Part shown: positions 1-9,623 of the stretch, piece by piece
Layout: every line of letters starts with the position of its first letter
How positions within the stretch are numbered: the first letter of the stretch is position 1
Source: an uncultured Nitrososphaerota archaeon
Lineage (GTDB): Archaea > Thermoproteota > Nitrososphaeria > Nitrososphaerales > CADDZS01
Assembly: GCA_963799845.1 (NCBI GenBank)
Contig: CAWCYI010000006.1
Coordinates: 96,001 to 160,000, forward strand
Direction: 5' to 3'
DNA: 64,000 nt
Notes under the pieces: generated by a model
Seen by the model: only the letters and a program-made list of their open reading frames with translations
Databases searched by the model: none
What the model was told of the DNA's origin: nothing
Program-made: the position numbers and the translations under genes

Positions 1-1069
1 ACTGAAAATCGGTGCAGTTGCTGCAAGATATCAGCTCTCTGTACTTTCCCTGGCTTGGAAACCAGCCCTCAATGTCGAAGGTTTTGGCAGAAACTTTCCC
101 CATGTCTCCGGAGCTCAACAGCATGACCCTGTACGGAATGCCTAGCTCCCGCATGAAACCTTCAGCATTTCGAAGCAACATTCTGTGTTCGCTTTCAGAG
201 TCTGATGGTTTGCAGTACACGAATTGCTCGACCTTTTCAAACTGGTGGACCCGTATGATACCCTTTGTGTCCCGTCCGTGCGCCCCCGCTTCTTTTCTAA
301 AGCAAGGACTGACCCCCGCGTATCTGATAGGGAGGTCTGTACCATTGAAAATCTCATCCATGTGCATGGCGGCTATCGCATGTTCTGACGTTCCAATTAG
401 GTAGAGATCCTCGTTTTCAATCTTGTAGATTACTTCTTCAAAATCTCCGAGGATGACCGCCCCGCCGATTGCTTCGCGCTTTAGCATGTACGGCGGCTGA
501 ATCAGAATAAAGTCTCGCGATCTGAGATAATCAAGAGCAGCGCAAATTAGAGCGTAATTCAATCGAGTCAAATCTCTTCTAAGAAAATAAAATCTTGCCC
601 CGGAAGTTTTGGCCGCCCTTTCTACATCGATCAGGTCAAATTCGGCAGAAATGTCAATGTGATCAATTGTGCCCGGTCTTGTCTCACCCCACCTGCTAAC
701 CTCCAGATTCGCTGTTTCGTCCGTACCAATGGGTACCGAAGGGTCAACGAAGTTGGGAATAGTTACCAATAGGCCGTTTAATTTTGCATTCGTCGATTCA
801 ATCCGCTTGTCATTTTCAGTGATTTCATCTGACGCAAGCTTCATCTTTGAGATGGTCTCCTGCACGTCCTTTCCGGAACTTTTCGCTTTTGAGACCTCGA
901 GGGAAATCCTGTTTTTTTCCTCCTTCAGTTTCTGGTTTTTTGCGATTAGCTCTCTTCTCTTCTTATCCAGGTCCAGGAGCTCTTCGAACGGAAAATTGGT
1001 AATATTCCGCTTCTCCAAATTCTCCCTGATCCTTTCGGGAGAGTCTCTGAGGATTCGAATGTCGATCAA
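1..1069 (-). CDS. serS: seryl-tRNA synthetase (3' end outside window)
   Basis: Manual translation of the minus strand from TTG at 1069: MIDIRILRDSPERIRENLEKR...coiled coil...TIPNFVDPSVPIGTDETAN, then LIGTSEH and GIIRVHQFEKVEQF (class II motif 2). Missing from the ORF track because it runs off the edge. Confidence 0.95.
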   Translation of the reverse strand, partial: MIDIRILRDSPERIRENLEKRNITNFPFEELLDLDKKRRELIAKNQKLKEEKNRISLEVSKAKSSGKDVQETISKMKLASDEITENDKRIESTNAKLNGLLVTIPNFVDPSVPIGTDETANLEVSRWGETRPGTIDHIDISAEFDLIDVERAAKTSGARFYFLRRDLTRLNYALICAALDYLRSRDFILIQPPYMLKREAIGGAVILGDFEEVIYKIENEDLYLIGTSEHAIAAMHMDEIFNGTDLPIRYAGVSPCFRKEAGAHGRDTKGIIRVHQFEKVEQFVYCKPSDSESEHRMLLRNAEGFMRELGIPYRVMLLSSGDMGKVSAKTFDIEGWFPSQGKYRELISCSNCTDFQ

Positions 1070-1278
1070 ATAATCTCGGCCTTCTCAATAACGTTAGAAG
1101 CAGAGTAAATGTGCGACACGATCTCGTCCAAAGTCGAGATTAACGTTTCAATCTTGGCATTCCGTTGATCGATGTCTATTGATATTTTGAGAGTCCGTCC
1201 CCGCTTTCTCTGGGAGAATTTCATTCCCCGCGGGAAATTTATATTGTCGGGAGCCAGAGAATTATCGACTGCGTCCAA
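1066..1278 (-). CDS. pcc1: KEOPS complex subunit Pcc1
   Basis: SLAPDN...LKISI...LISTLDEI pattern; near kae1/bud32; 4-nt overlap with serS. The true start may lie further upstream (the frame is open to 1316). Confidence 0.75.
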   Translation of the reverse strand: MDAVDNSLAPDNINFPRGMKFSQRKRGRTLKISIDIDQRNAKIETLISTLDEIVSHIYSASNVIEKAEII

Positions 1279-1316
1279 AACATGCCTGTCCGAAAATCCG
1301 ACTTCCAGACGCGCGC

Positions 1317-2717
1317 TCAGTTTCTTCTTTTTTGCTGGAATATTGAATCCACCGCCTGTTGAAATTCATGTTGCTTTGCGATTGAAAACCTTGCACCCGC
1401 GGCGTTTTTGTGCCCCCCACCCACTCCTGAAGTTCCCGCGGCAATTTGCGAAAGAATCGCTCCCAAATCATAGCTCGTCATGTCTTTGCCAGACCTCGCG
1501 GAAATCTTCACATCGCCGTCGGCGGTTGTCGTTCTCACGAATACGACCTTGGTTCGAAATCGCGAATGAGAAGCGACAAACTGACAGATTGCCCCCGTCA
1601 TCTTTTCGCTGACGACCCCGTCGCCCACTATCATGGCATAGTCACCTTTCTCATTGATCCTGTCTTCACTCGAAAGTAAATTCTGAATAGATTTCACGAT
1701 CTCGACCCTGTAATCTGAGATCAACTGATCAGACTCGTTCGCAAGAACCTGCTCATCTCCCAGACATATTGAAAGGGCAATGCTCGGTTTTCCCATTCGG
1801 CTGCAAGCGTTGATCAATACGGCTAAGTCTCTTGCATCTCTTAGGGTGGAGTATTCATCCCTCGAGTTCAAACCATAGACACTTCCCACGAGATCTTCGA
1901 CCGTATAGGTTGTTCCTGAAAGATGTGGGACTATGGCTTCGAGCAGTTTCTGCTTCTCGTCTTCGCCGAACTCCGAAGCTGTCTTCCATCTGTTTCCTGC
2001 CCTAAGTTCGATCCCTGCTGCCCGTAGCGATGCAAGGCAGGCGTCCTTGTTGCCGGTCAGACCGGGAATAAAAATTGAAACAGTGTTTGCAATTGACTCG
2101 TGAACTGGTCTCGTTTCTCTACCCCATACCATTAGATCGTTTTTCGTGTCAATCCCACTTGAAAATTCTCCATCACCTTCGAGGATCTTTGCGTTCAGTC
2201 CTATCACGCTCCGGCGAGGCCCGACATCCTGCCTATCTCCAAGAGCACCCGTCAAAGCAAGAAATGAAAGACGGTCTGAGCGAGTCTTTGCGACTAGATA
2301 GCAGAGACCTGAAGAGCTGATGGAGGTATTCCCATCGATCCCAAACTGCCATGCATTTAGCTCATTTTCGATATCTAATTCGCTTTGTGGAATCTCATGG
2401 TGATCTATTATCAGCCATTTGTCACCAAATCTTTTGGATATTTCCTTCGAAAGACCGGAGCAGATGTCAACGAAGATGATGAGATCAAACTTCGAAGTAC
2501 CCAATCGATCCAAGAATCGAGAATTTGGCTCAGACACTGCCCTGAGCTGGCAGTGTCCCTTGTTCTTCTGAATGAACTCGCAGAGAATCGCCCCAGCGCA
2601 AATGCCATCGGCGTCGTGATGAGTAGCTATCAGAATATTTTCGTTGTTTTTTGCGCTAGTAATTATCCGATTTTCAAAAAGGCGAGCTTTTTCCAGAAGC
2701 GCTTGCTCGTCTGCCAT
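1317..2717 (-). CDS. DHH-family phosphoesterase (RecJ/GAN-like)
   Basis: HHDADG, FVD, IIDHH and GGGHKNAAGA (DHHA1) motifs; conserved position after rps15. Confidence 0.9.
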   Translation of the reverse strand: MADEQALLEKARLFENRIITSAKNNENILIATHHDADGICAGAILCEFIQKNKGHCQLRAVSEPNSRFLDRLGTSKFDLIIFVDICSGLSKEISKRFGDKWLIIDHHEIPQSELDIENELNAWQFGIDGNTSISSSGLCYLVAKTRSDRLSFLALTGALGDRQDVGPRRSVIGLNAKILEGDGEFSSGIDTKNDLMVWGRETRPVHESIANTVSIFIPGLTGNKDACLASLRAAGIELRAGNRWKTASEFGEDEKQKLLEAIVPHLSGTTYTVEDLVGSVYGLNSRDEYSTLRDARDLAVLINACSRMGKPSIALSICLGDEQVLANESDQLISDYRVEIVKSIQNLLSSEDRINEKGDYAMIVGDGVVSEKMTGAICQFVASHSRFRTKVVFVRTTTADGDVKISARSGKDMTSYDLGAILSQIAAGTSGVGGGHKNAAGARFSIAKQHEFQQAVDSIFQQKRRN

Positions 2718-2746
2718 CGGCTATCCAGTTCTTGGGATCGCAATTA

Positions 2747-3196
2747 CTAGGCAAGTTGAGCAACAGCAGTTGCATATTTCCAAGAATTGGGCAATTTCTC
2801 GTGTTCTTTGTAATAACCCGAAAGACGGTGTATCTTCGCCTCAAGCAACTCGAGGGATCGGACATTTTTTCTATCGGCGTGATGATTTCCAAGATGGTCC
2901 TTTAATTTGGCGGCTCGTTCCACGAGTCGACCGAGATCCTCAGGAATTGTTTGTGGGTTCTTTCCCTCTTGAAGAACTTCGCTTATAGATTTTCCGAGGA
3001 AAGTCTTCGTGTTAGGAACTCCAAAATCGTCTCTTAGTCTCAGTCCAATCTGACTAGGTGCCAAACCCTCTTTTGCTAACTTCGAAATGTTCGCAACTAT
3101 CTCGTCCTGACTGTAATTCACCCAGCTCGGAGGACGCTTTGAGGATGGACGGGTTGATTGAGACTTGCCTCTTCGATGCGAATGTATTCGTGCCAA
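2747..3196 (-). CDS. rps15: 30S ribosomal protein uS15 (S13e/S15p)
   Basis: MARIHSHRRGKSQSTRP...PSQIGLRLRD...IPEDL...KIHRLSGYYK; start refined to TTG at 3196. Confidence 0.97.
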   Translation of the reverse strand: MARIHSHRRGKSQSTRPSSKRPPSWVNYSQDEIVANISKLAKEGLAPSQIGLRLRDDFGVPNTKTFLGKSISEVLQEGKNPQTIPEDLGRLVERAAKLKDHLGNHHADRKNVRSLELLEAKIHRLSGYYKEHEKLPNSWKYATAVAQLA

Positions 3197-3271
3197 TTGT
3201 TGAAGCAACAGAAACCGGAAATTATCCGAAATAAGCATTGCGCTGTTGAAAACGAGAAGAATCCTCCGGAG

Positions 3272-3874
3272 TCAAACAATTGCTTCCTTCGGTCTAAGAT
3301 CGGGATTCTTCTTCGATTCATTAAGGTACCATAAAGCAAGTTTTGAAATTGCCTTTGCCCGATGGGAGTAGATGGTTTTTTCCTTCATTTCCATCTCAGC
3401 AAAAGTTTTCGTGGTCCACATAGGAACGAAAATAGGATCAAAGCCGAATCCATTTTTTCCTCTGGGTTGAAGTTGAATTGTGCCTTCAGTTGCAGAAGAA
3501 AAATTCACAAACCACTTTCCATTTACACCGAAGGCGACGGAAGAGCGAAACTCTGCTTTTCTTGTCTTTGCCTCCTCTAGGAGTTTCAGAATGCCTTCGA
3601 AGCCCAGAGTCTCGAAAACAAATGAGCTATAAGGTCCTGGAAAGCCATTTAGTTGATGAATGAACAGCCCGGAATCTTCGACGAAAACCGGTTTGTCGGT
3701 TTTCGCAATGATGAGAGAAAGCGCAGTGGATGCGATCTCTTCAAGATCTGGGTGCTGGATTTCAATCTTCGAAAACTCTTCTAGTTTTTTTATTCCGATG
3801 CCGTATTGAGCCACAGCAGCTCTCGCCTCTTCGATCTTGTGATCGTTTCCCGTTGCAAAGAAGAATTCAATCAA
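3272..3874 (-). CDS. rdgB: non-canonical purine NTP pyrophosphatase (RdgB/HAM1)
   Basis: FATGNDHK, EDSGL, GFPGPYS, GFGFDPIF and SHR motifs; start refined to TTG at 3874. Confidence 0.95.
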   Translation of the reverse strand: MIEFFFATGNDHKIEEARAAVAQYGIGIKKLEEFSKIEIQHPDLEEIASTALSLIIAKTDKPVFVEDSGLFIHQLNGFPGPYSSFVFETLGFEGILKLLEEAKTRKAEFRSSVAFGVNGKWFVNFSSATEGTIQLQPRGKNGFGFDPIFVPMWTTKTFAEMEMKEKTIYSHRAKAISKLALWYLNESKKNPDLRPKEAIV

Positions 3875-4517
3875 CTTGAGCGTATCTGCCCCTTCGCTCA
3901 ATTTTTGATATTTGCCCCTTAACTATCATGGTGATTTTCTCTCCGGCCTCCGATTCGTAACCTTTCATGACGTCTTCAAACTCACTGCTAGCATTTCTCG
4001 TCGAGTCCGAGCTCCTCAGGGCTTGCTTTAGGAGATGAAGGTCTTCTGCCCTATCTTCAATTCTATCCGAGATGAATGCAAGACCAAAATCGATTAGAAC
4101 CATTCCTTCTTCCGCGAGGATTACGTTCTTTGTGGTCAAATCCCCGTGAATGATTCCCTTCGCGTGAAGCTTGGCAGCGTACTGCCCGAGTCGCTGGTAT
4201 TTCTCCTTTTTCCGGAACTGCTTGTCATTTGTGGCGTCCTTCAACAAAACTCCCGTGACGTATTCCATTATGATCTCGCTTGATTCCGGATCTGCAAAAA
4301 ATATCTTAGGGCAGTCGACTCCAGCGAGTTTGGCCGCGTGAAGGATCTCGACTTCTTCTCTAGTTCTTCTTACCCTCAATTGCTTGTCCAATGCTTCAAT
4401 TCGATATGCTTTCGGAATCCTTGTCTTTCTAATGACAACTTGTCCGTACCAGTCGATGAGGTCGATTCGTGCTTCAGCACCAAGAACCGGAGTAAAATCA
4501 TGAAGATCGTCAAGCAA
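3867..4517 (-). CDS. bud32: KEOPS kinase Bud32
   Basis: GAEA, K.RIPKAYR, HGDLTTKN, IDFGL and C-terminal RGRY motifs. Confidence 0.95.
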   Translation of the reverse strand: MLDDLHDFTPVLGAEARIDLIDWYGQVVIRKTRIPKAYRIEALDKQLRVRRTREEVEILHAAKLAGVDCPKIFFADPESSEIIMEYVTGVLLKDATNDKQFRKKEKYQRLGQYAAKLHAKGIIHGDLTTKNVILAEEGMVLIDFGLAFISDRIEDRAEDLHLLKQALRSSDSTRNASSEFEDVMKGYESEAGEKITMIVKGQISKIERRGRYAQVD

Positions 4518-5556
4518 GAGCTTTTACTGTCCTTCTATTACCGCCATTCAATTCGACTCGATCAATTCTCCACGACTGCCTGACGAAGGCTTCTTTGACT
4601 GAAACTGCGCAGCCGTTTTCATAGAACAAGAATCCAGCGGCAGAAATCTGTGACCCACAATCTCCTGCAAATTGCTTCGGGATTACTCCAAGCTTTACTC
4701 CTCTCCCATCACACATGACTTGAAGCATCCTAGAGAGCCTCTGATTTGCAGCGACTCCTCCAGTGACAAGCAGTTCGGATTTGTCCGTGAATGCAAGAGC
4801 TCTTTCCGTCGCTTCTGTCAGTATGGCAAAAGCAGTCTCCTGCACTGCAAAGGAAACAGCTTCTTTGGATTCTCCCTTAGAAAAGGAATCCTTCGCTGCG
4901 GAGAGTAAACCGGAATAGGAAACGTCATTACCTTTAATCGTGTAAGGCAGGATCAGCAGTCGTTCTCCCTCAGGATCAAATTGTGAAGCTAGAGCCTCGA
5001 TTTTCGCGCCAGCAGGAGAACTCAAACCGAAATGTCGCCCTAATTGATCTAGAAGTTGTCCTAAAGTCAAATCGAGAGTTTCGCCGTAAATTTTCCAGCC
5101 CTCGGAGCTCCTAGCAGCAATCAGTGTATGACCTCCAGAAATGAGCAGAACAAGAGGGTCTCGTAGAACTGTAAGCCACCTTCCGAGCTCGATATGTCCT
5201 ATCGCATGATTTGTTGGTACTATCTCTTTTCCAAAATAAGACGCTAGCGATCTCGCTGCAACTGCACCAACTCTCAAACACGGTCCCAGGCCTGGACCAG
5301 CGGAATAAGCGATGAAATCAAGATCCTTCACGTTCATTTTCGCGTTCTCAAGTGCACTCCGTATGACGCTCGAACAAGTTTCGACATGGTGCCTTGAAGC
5401 CTCTCTTGGATGAATTCCCGATCCTTCAGGCGCTCGGTAAACATCTTTTGCATCGGACAGAATCCTAAACTCAGAATCTTCTAGTTCCGAGACTCCAGCT
5501 CCAAAAGTATGGGCGGTGCTCTCTATGCCAAGGCAGAACAATCGTTTTTGCCTCAA
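4510..5556 (-). CDS. kae1: tRNA N6-threonylcarbamoyltransferase Kae1
   Basis: GIESTAHT, GPGLGPCL, NHAIGHIE, SGGHT and GGVAAN motifs. Confidence 0.97.
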   Translation of the reverse strand: MRQKRLFCLGIESTAHTFGAGVSELEDSEFRILSDAKDVYRAPEGSGIHPREASRHHVETCSSVIRSALENAKMNVKDLDFIAYSAGPGLGPCLRVGAVAARSLASYFGKEIVPTNHAIGHIELGRWLTVLRDPLVLLISGGHTLIAARSSEGWKIYGETLDLTLGQLLDQLGRHFGLSSPAGAKIEALASQFDPEGERLLILPYTIKGNDVSYSGLLSAAKDSFSKGESKEAVSFAVQETAFAILTEATERALAFTDKSELLVTGGVAANQRLSRMLQVMCDGRGVKLGVIPKQFAGDCGSQISAAGFLFYENGCAVSVKEAFVRQSWRIDRVELNGGNRRTVKALA

Positions 5557-6182
5557 GGCTTGCGCGATTTGCGGTAAAGATTTCCTAGGATCTCGATGTA
5601 GGGCTTTACGTCGATTAGAAAATCATCGAATTTTGCCCTCTCGAACTTGGTCTGTGACTTGCCGTTTTTCATAGTCTTCTTTTCAACCAGAACAATTCCG
5701 GAGCTCCTTTCGGCATCCTTGCTCAGGTTAGGAAAATAGATCAGAACGCCGTAGCCAATTTTTTCTTGACCCTTCGAGAATACAAGATTATAATACATGT
5801 TCATCGTCTTGACGAACTGTCGAAGCTGCTTCTTTCTGCTTTCAGATCTCTTAACCGTGTCGAAATCCTGCTTTGCCAGGCGGTCTACCAGCTCCTTCAA
5901 AGAATCGAGCTCTGTTATTTTCTTCGCATATCCTTCGAGTTCGATCGGTAGTTCGTAAACTGAATGCATGATATCCTCCCATTCGCTGATCTGAGAAAAC
6001 CTCTGACTCATTCGTAACCTTCCAGTATGCGGGTCCTCCTCAACACCCATTTCCCTCCTCAACTCTTCATTCAGTATATCCTCGACTTTCAGGCCCTTCA
6101 GCTGGGATTTCCGGCTAGACATTCGGCTACGATCATTCAGAGATTTTTCCCTACAGATATGCATTTTTGAGCCGCCTGCCAA
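5553..6182 (-). CDS. hypothetical protein
   Basis: 209-aa ORF coupled to kae1 by a 4-nt overlap; start uncertain. Confidence 0.7.
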   Translation of the reverse strand: MAGGSKMHICREKSLNDRSRMSSRKSQLKGLKVEDILNEELRREMGVEEDPHTGRLRMSQRFSQISEWEDIMHSVYELPIELEGYAKKITELDSLKELVDRLAKQDFDTVKRSESRKKQLRQFVKTMNMYYNLVFSKGQEKIGYGVLIYFPNLSKDAERSSGIVLVEKKTMKNGKSQTKFERAKFDDFLIDVKPYIEILGNLYRKSRKP

Positions 6183-6185
6183 GCT

Positions 6186-6644
6186 TTGGCTTGCTCTATT
6201 AGAAACGTGAAGCTTTTGTTGGAATTCTCATCTGTAACTGTTTCCTTTTTCGTGCATTCCACTGAAGATGAACCTAGGCTCTTGGAAACTGTACAGGCAA
6301 GATTGGGTATTCAAGAAGAAGAGATGAAAAAAGAGAAAATTCTCGGGTATTTTGGCAACGAGATAGTTTCCGTTAGAGCGCATATTATAGGACAGAGGAC
6401 TCAGACAATCTCTGACTTGATCTTCAGCTCATTATCGAAAACTGCGAGGACCCTGCTGCTTTCTGAAATCGACAAATCGCTGGATGAACATGACTCGCTT
6501 TATCTTCGACTAGATAGACAGAGCTTGAGCGATCCGGAGATTTCCCTTTCCGACGATGAGCCCATCAGAGTGAAATTGAAACCGAAAAGCAGATTCGGTG
6601 GCAGATCGTCCATGAAAGAAGAGTATGAGGAGCTAATCAGATGA
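6186..6644 (+). CDS. RNA-binding protein (DUF54 family)
   Basis: FVHSTEDE, GYFGNEI and LYLRLDRQ motifs typical of archaeal DUF54. Confidence 0.85.
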   Translation: MACSIRNVKLLLEFSSVTVSFFVHSTEDEPRLLETVQARLGIQEEEMKKEKILGYFGNEIVSVRAHIIGQRTQTISDLIFSSLSKTARTLLLSEIDKSLDEHDSLYLRLDRQSLSDPEISLSDDEPIRVKLKPKSRFGGRSSMKEEYEELIR

Positions 6645-6847
6645 GAGACAAGAAAAGGTATGTCCTATTGAGGAACTATCCAAAGCAAATGCCCGAGAAT
6701 TCGAAGTTTCTCTTTCAGAATTCAAGAGGATTCATTATCAAAACAGATCTGAAGGGTGCGGAGCTCCTCAGAAAAGAAGCTATTCTGATTTCTGGATCCG
6801 TCTGGAAATTGAAGCAACCCAAACCTCTTTATCCGAAGAAGGAGTAG
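6641..6847 (+). CDS. miniature Pop5/Rpp14-like RNase P protein
   Basis: RDKKRYVL, GFIIKT and ISGSVWKLK resemble Pop5 R.K.RY / GII+ / SGT..KLK; expected neighbourhood; only 68 aa. Confidence 0.55.
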   Translation: MRDKKRYVLLRNYPKQMPENSKFLFQNSRGFIIKTDLKGAELLRKEAILISGSVWKLKQPKPLYPKKE

Positions 6848-6851
6848 AAGG

Positions 6852-6947
6852 ATGTGGGATGAAGTGAATCGCCGTCCCAGACTGATCCCAATCTAGAAAT
6901 AGCTCCTTTGGGAAAATGAAGAACTCGCGACGATACTGACCAGACAT
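6852..6947 (+). ncRNA. candidate C/D-box sRNA
   Basis: ATGAAGT(6859)-guide-CTGA(6882)-TCCCAA..TTGGGA stem-ATGAAGA(6916)-guide-CTGA(6936), with a partial terminal stem; intergenic. Confidence 0.65.
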
Positions 6948-7038
6948 TTGACCAATTTTTTTCGGATTCTTGATCGCAGCTGTTTTTTGCGTAACAGGCT
7001 GAGGTCATCTTTAAATTGGGCTCAGAGAGCGTAGCTTT

Positions 7039-8082
7039 TTGAGCAGCTATTTGGCCGTTCTTGAGAAAACGAGACTACAGGAAATAGTATCCAATTTTGG
7101 TGGGAAATCCGTCCTTGTAGTCGGCGACCTGATGGTTGACAGGTATCAATCAATTATTGCTCGCAAGATTTCGCGTGAAGCTCCGGTTCCCGTCGGAGAT
7201 CTTCAGGGCGAACGATTGAGTCTTGGAGGAGCCGGCAATCTTGCGAATAATGTGTTGGCGCTTGGAGGGAAAGCACAAGTACTTGGATTTGTTGGTGAGG
7301 ACTCTCAGGGCGACTGGATTCGCAAGGCCTTATCAGATTCTGGAGTTGATGTGTCCGGAATCGAATCGTTCAAGCGTCCGACGACTTTGAAAACGAGATA
7401 CATAGTGAATGGCTTTCAGGTTCTAAGAGTAGACCGAGAAGTTAGGTCAGACATTGATATTGAGCTCAGCGACCGGCTTTTGAAGCACGCCGATGCTTTC
7501 ATTGCTAACTGCGACATTTTGGCGATCGCAGATTACGACAAGGGTACCATCACTTCATACCTGATCGACGCCTTGGTTGCTTCCGCGAAAAAGTCTGGAA
7601 AGAGAATAATTGCGCAGCCCAAAGTCAAGCACTACCTTGACTTCAGGGAAGTAGATTACGTAAAGTCAAATGAACGTGAAGCGAGCATTGCAACCGGGAT
7701 CTCCGTTCTGAATGAGACTGGCCTGAGGAACATCGCCACAAATCTCACGACCAGACTAAAGTGTAAAGCAATCGTATTAACGAGGTCGGAAAGGGGTATT
7801 ACAGTGTTTGAAGAGAATTATATGACAACAATTCCGCCGATGTTACCGCCAAATGAATTCGCAAGGCCAGTCGGTGTTCGAGATGCGATGACTTCTGTTC
7901 TTGCACTCTCTATAGCTTCAAGTGCTAACGCGGTCGAGGGAGCCGCCCTGAGCAATTTGGCAGCTGCCATTCGTGGAGAGCGGGCTGGCACAATTGTTGT
8001 CAGTTCAAAAGACATGATGCAAAATCTAGACAATGCTGAAAAGATACTCGACAAGATAGTCCGAGTCCCAATAAGACGTTAG
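7039..8082 (+). CDS. PfkB-family sugar kinase, HldE/RfaE domain I-like
   Basis: VVGDLMVDRY, ISREAPVPV, GGAGN.A.N, TT.KTR and DYDKG motifs; the GAGD motif appears as GVRD. Confidence 0.85.
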   Translation: MSSYLAVLEKTRLQEIVSNFGGKSVLVVGDLMVDRYQSIIARKISREAPVPVGDLQGERLSLGGAGNLANNVLALGGKAQVLGFVGEDSQGDWIRKALSDSGVDVSGIESFKRPTTLKTRYIVNGFQVLRVDREVRSDIDIELSDRLLKHADAFIANCDILAIADYDKGTITSYLIDALVASAKKSGKRIIAQPKVKHYLDFREVDYVKSNEREASIATGISVLNETGLRNIATNLTTRLKCKAIVLTRSERGITVFEENYMTTIPPMLPPNEFARPVGVRDAMTSVLALSIASSANAVEGAALSNLAAAIRGERAGTIVVSSKDMMQNLDNAEKILDKIVRVPIRR

Positions 8083-8131
8083 CTCTAAAAGCAATTAAGA
8101 GAGCGCATTTATTGGGGGGTCGCATCGAGTA

Positions 8132-8959
8132 GTGGAATTGCATGACGAAGCTTCGATCAGGCGTCTTGAGGAAATTTCGAGCAATACCAGAAAATTGATT
8201 TTGCAGACGCTCGCCGAAGCGAAATCCGGTCATCCTGGCGGGTCTCTTTCGGCGGTCGAGTTGCTTGTTGCCCTTTACTTCGGCGTAATGCATCACAACC
8301 CGAAGAATCCAAAATGGCCCGACAGAGATAGGTTCATTCTTTCAAAGGGACATGCGGCTCCACTACTTTATTCGATCCTGGCTCAGCAGGGATATTTTCC
8401 AATTGAGGAGCTAAAAACGCTGCGTAAAATCAACAGCATGCTACAGGGTCATCCCGATACTAAGAAGACTCCCGGAGTTGAAATGTGCGCTGGCTCGGAA
8501 GGTGTTGGGCTTTCAGTTGCAATCGGCGAAGCCCTCGCTGCGAGGATTGACAAGAAAGATTACCGAGTCTACGTGATGATGGGGGACGGCGAAATGGAAG
8601 AAGGCCAGATATGGGAAGCAGCCATGTGTGCATCCAAATACGGTTTGGACAACATTACAGCGATTGTAGATCGCAACGGAATCCAGCAGGATGGCTTGAC
8701 GGAGACGATAATGCCAATCGAACCGCTCAATTCCAAGTGGAAGGCGTTCAACTGGAATGTTCTGGAGGTGGACGGCTATGATTTCAACCAGATCCTTGGA
8801 GCCTTTGAGAGAGCAAAGCAGGTTCGCAATCGTCCAACCATAATAATTGCTCATACAACCAAAGGAAAGGGCGTAGAGTTCATGGAGTGGTCGCCGGAAT
8901 ATCACGGTAAAGTCCCGGATAAAGAAACGGTCAGCAAGATTATCAAAGAAATGAAGTGA
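8132..8959 (+). CDS. transketolase, N-terminal subunit
   Basis: SGHPGGSLS, RDRFILSKGHAAP, LQGHPD, GDGEMEEGQIWEA (TPP motif) and HTTKGKG. Confidence 0.96.
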   Translation: MELHDEASIRRLEEISSNTRKLILQTLAEAKSGHPGGSLSAVELLVALYFGVMHHNPKNPKWPDRDRFILSKGHAAPLLYSILAQQGYFPIEELKTLRKINSMLQGHPDTKKTPGVEMCAGSEGVGLSVAIGEALAARIDKKDYRVYVMMGDGEMEEGQIWEAAMCASKYGLDNITAIVDRNGIQQDGLTETIMPIEPLNSKWKAFNWNVLEVDGYDFNQILGAFERAKQVRNRPTIIIAHTTKGKGVEFMEWSPEYHGKVPDKETVSKIIKEMK

Positions 8960-8963
8960 CCAC

Positions 8964-9623
8964 ATGGCTAAGATAGCTCCTTCGATAGCTGCCGGCGACC
9001 AGGGAAATCTGTCCTCGGAAGCGGCTGATCTGCAGGATTGGGGAGCGGATTGGATCCACGTGGATATAATGGACGGGGTATTTGCTCCGAATCTGACCTT
9101 TGGCCCGGCAGCAGTCAAGGCGATCCGCAACTCATGTAAAATTCCATTAGATTGTCATCTTATGATCTCCAATCCTGAACTCTTTTGCGAACGATTCTTG
9201 CAGGCGGGCGGAGATATTATGACTGTTCACGCGGAGACTCTTACTCCGGAATCCCTCGTCAGAATAGAAAAAAAAGTAAAGGATTATAATGCAAAGTTAG
9301 GCGTCGCCTTCAAGCCAGCGACCGATCTATCTTCAATTGATCTCTCTGGGCGGGATATTTCTTTGATAACTGTCATGACAGTGAATCCAGGATTTTCAGG
9401 ACAAAAATTCATGCCGGAAGTTCTTCCCAAAGTCGAGAAAGCTCGTGAGCTATTCCCGAATAAGAGCGAAACGGAAATCGAAGTCGACGGAGGAGTGGAC
9501 ACGAGCAATGCGAAACTGATTGCGGAAAAGGGTGCCACAGTTCTAGTGGCAGGAAATTCCGTGTTTGGACAGAAAAATCCGGAGGCTGCACTAATGGAGT
9601 TGAAAATGCTAGTTGGAAGTTAG
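8964..9623 (+). CDS. rpe: ribulose-phosphate 3-epimerase
   Basis: IAPSI, HVDIMDG.FAPN, DCHLM, MTVNPGFSGQKF and VDGG motifs. Confidence 0.96.
   Translation: MAKIAPSIAAGDQGNLSSEAADLQDWGADWIHVDIMDGVFAPNLTFGPAAVKAIRNSCKIPLDCHLMISNPELFCERFLQAGGDIMTVHAETLTPESLVRIEKKVKDYNAKLGVAFKPATDLSSIDLSGRDISLITVMTVNPGFSGQKFMPEVLPKVEKARELFPNKSETEIEVDGGVDTSNAKLIAEKGATVLVAGNSVFGQKNPEAALMELKMLVGS

Noticed and set aside
12-1073. Plus-strand ORFs 12-404 and 669-1073, and the many short ORFs antisense to recognised genes
   Set aside because: Shadow frames of serS and other well-supported genes, with no motifs of their own.
6848-7038. RNase P RNA next to the Pop5-like gene
   Set aside because: No GAGGAAAGTCC-like or 3' conserved RNase P motifs on either strand; the C/D-box pattern fits better.
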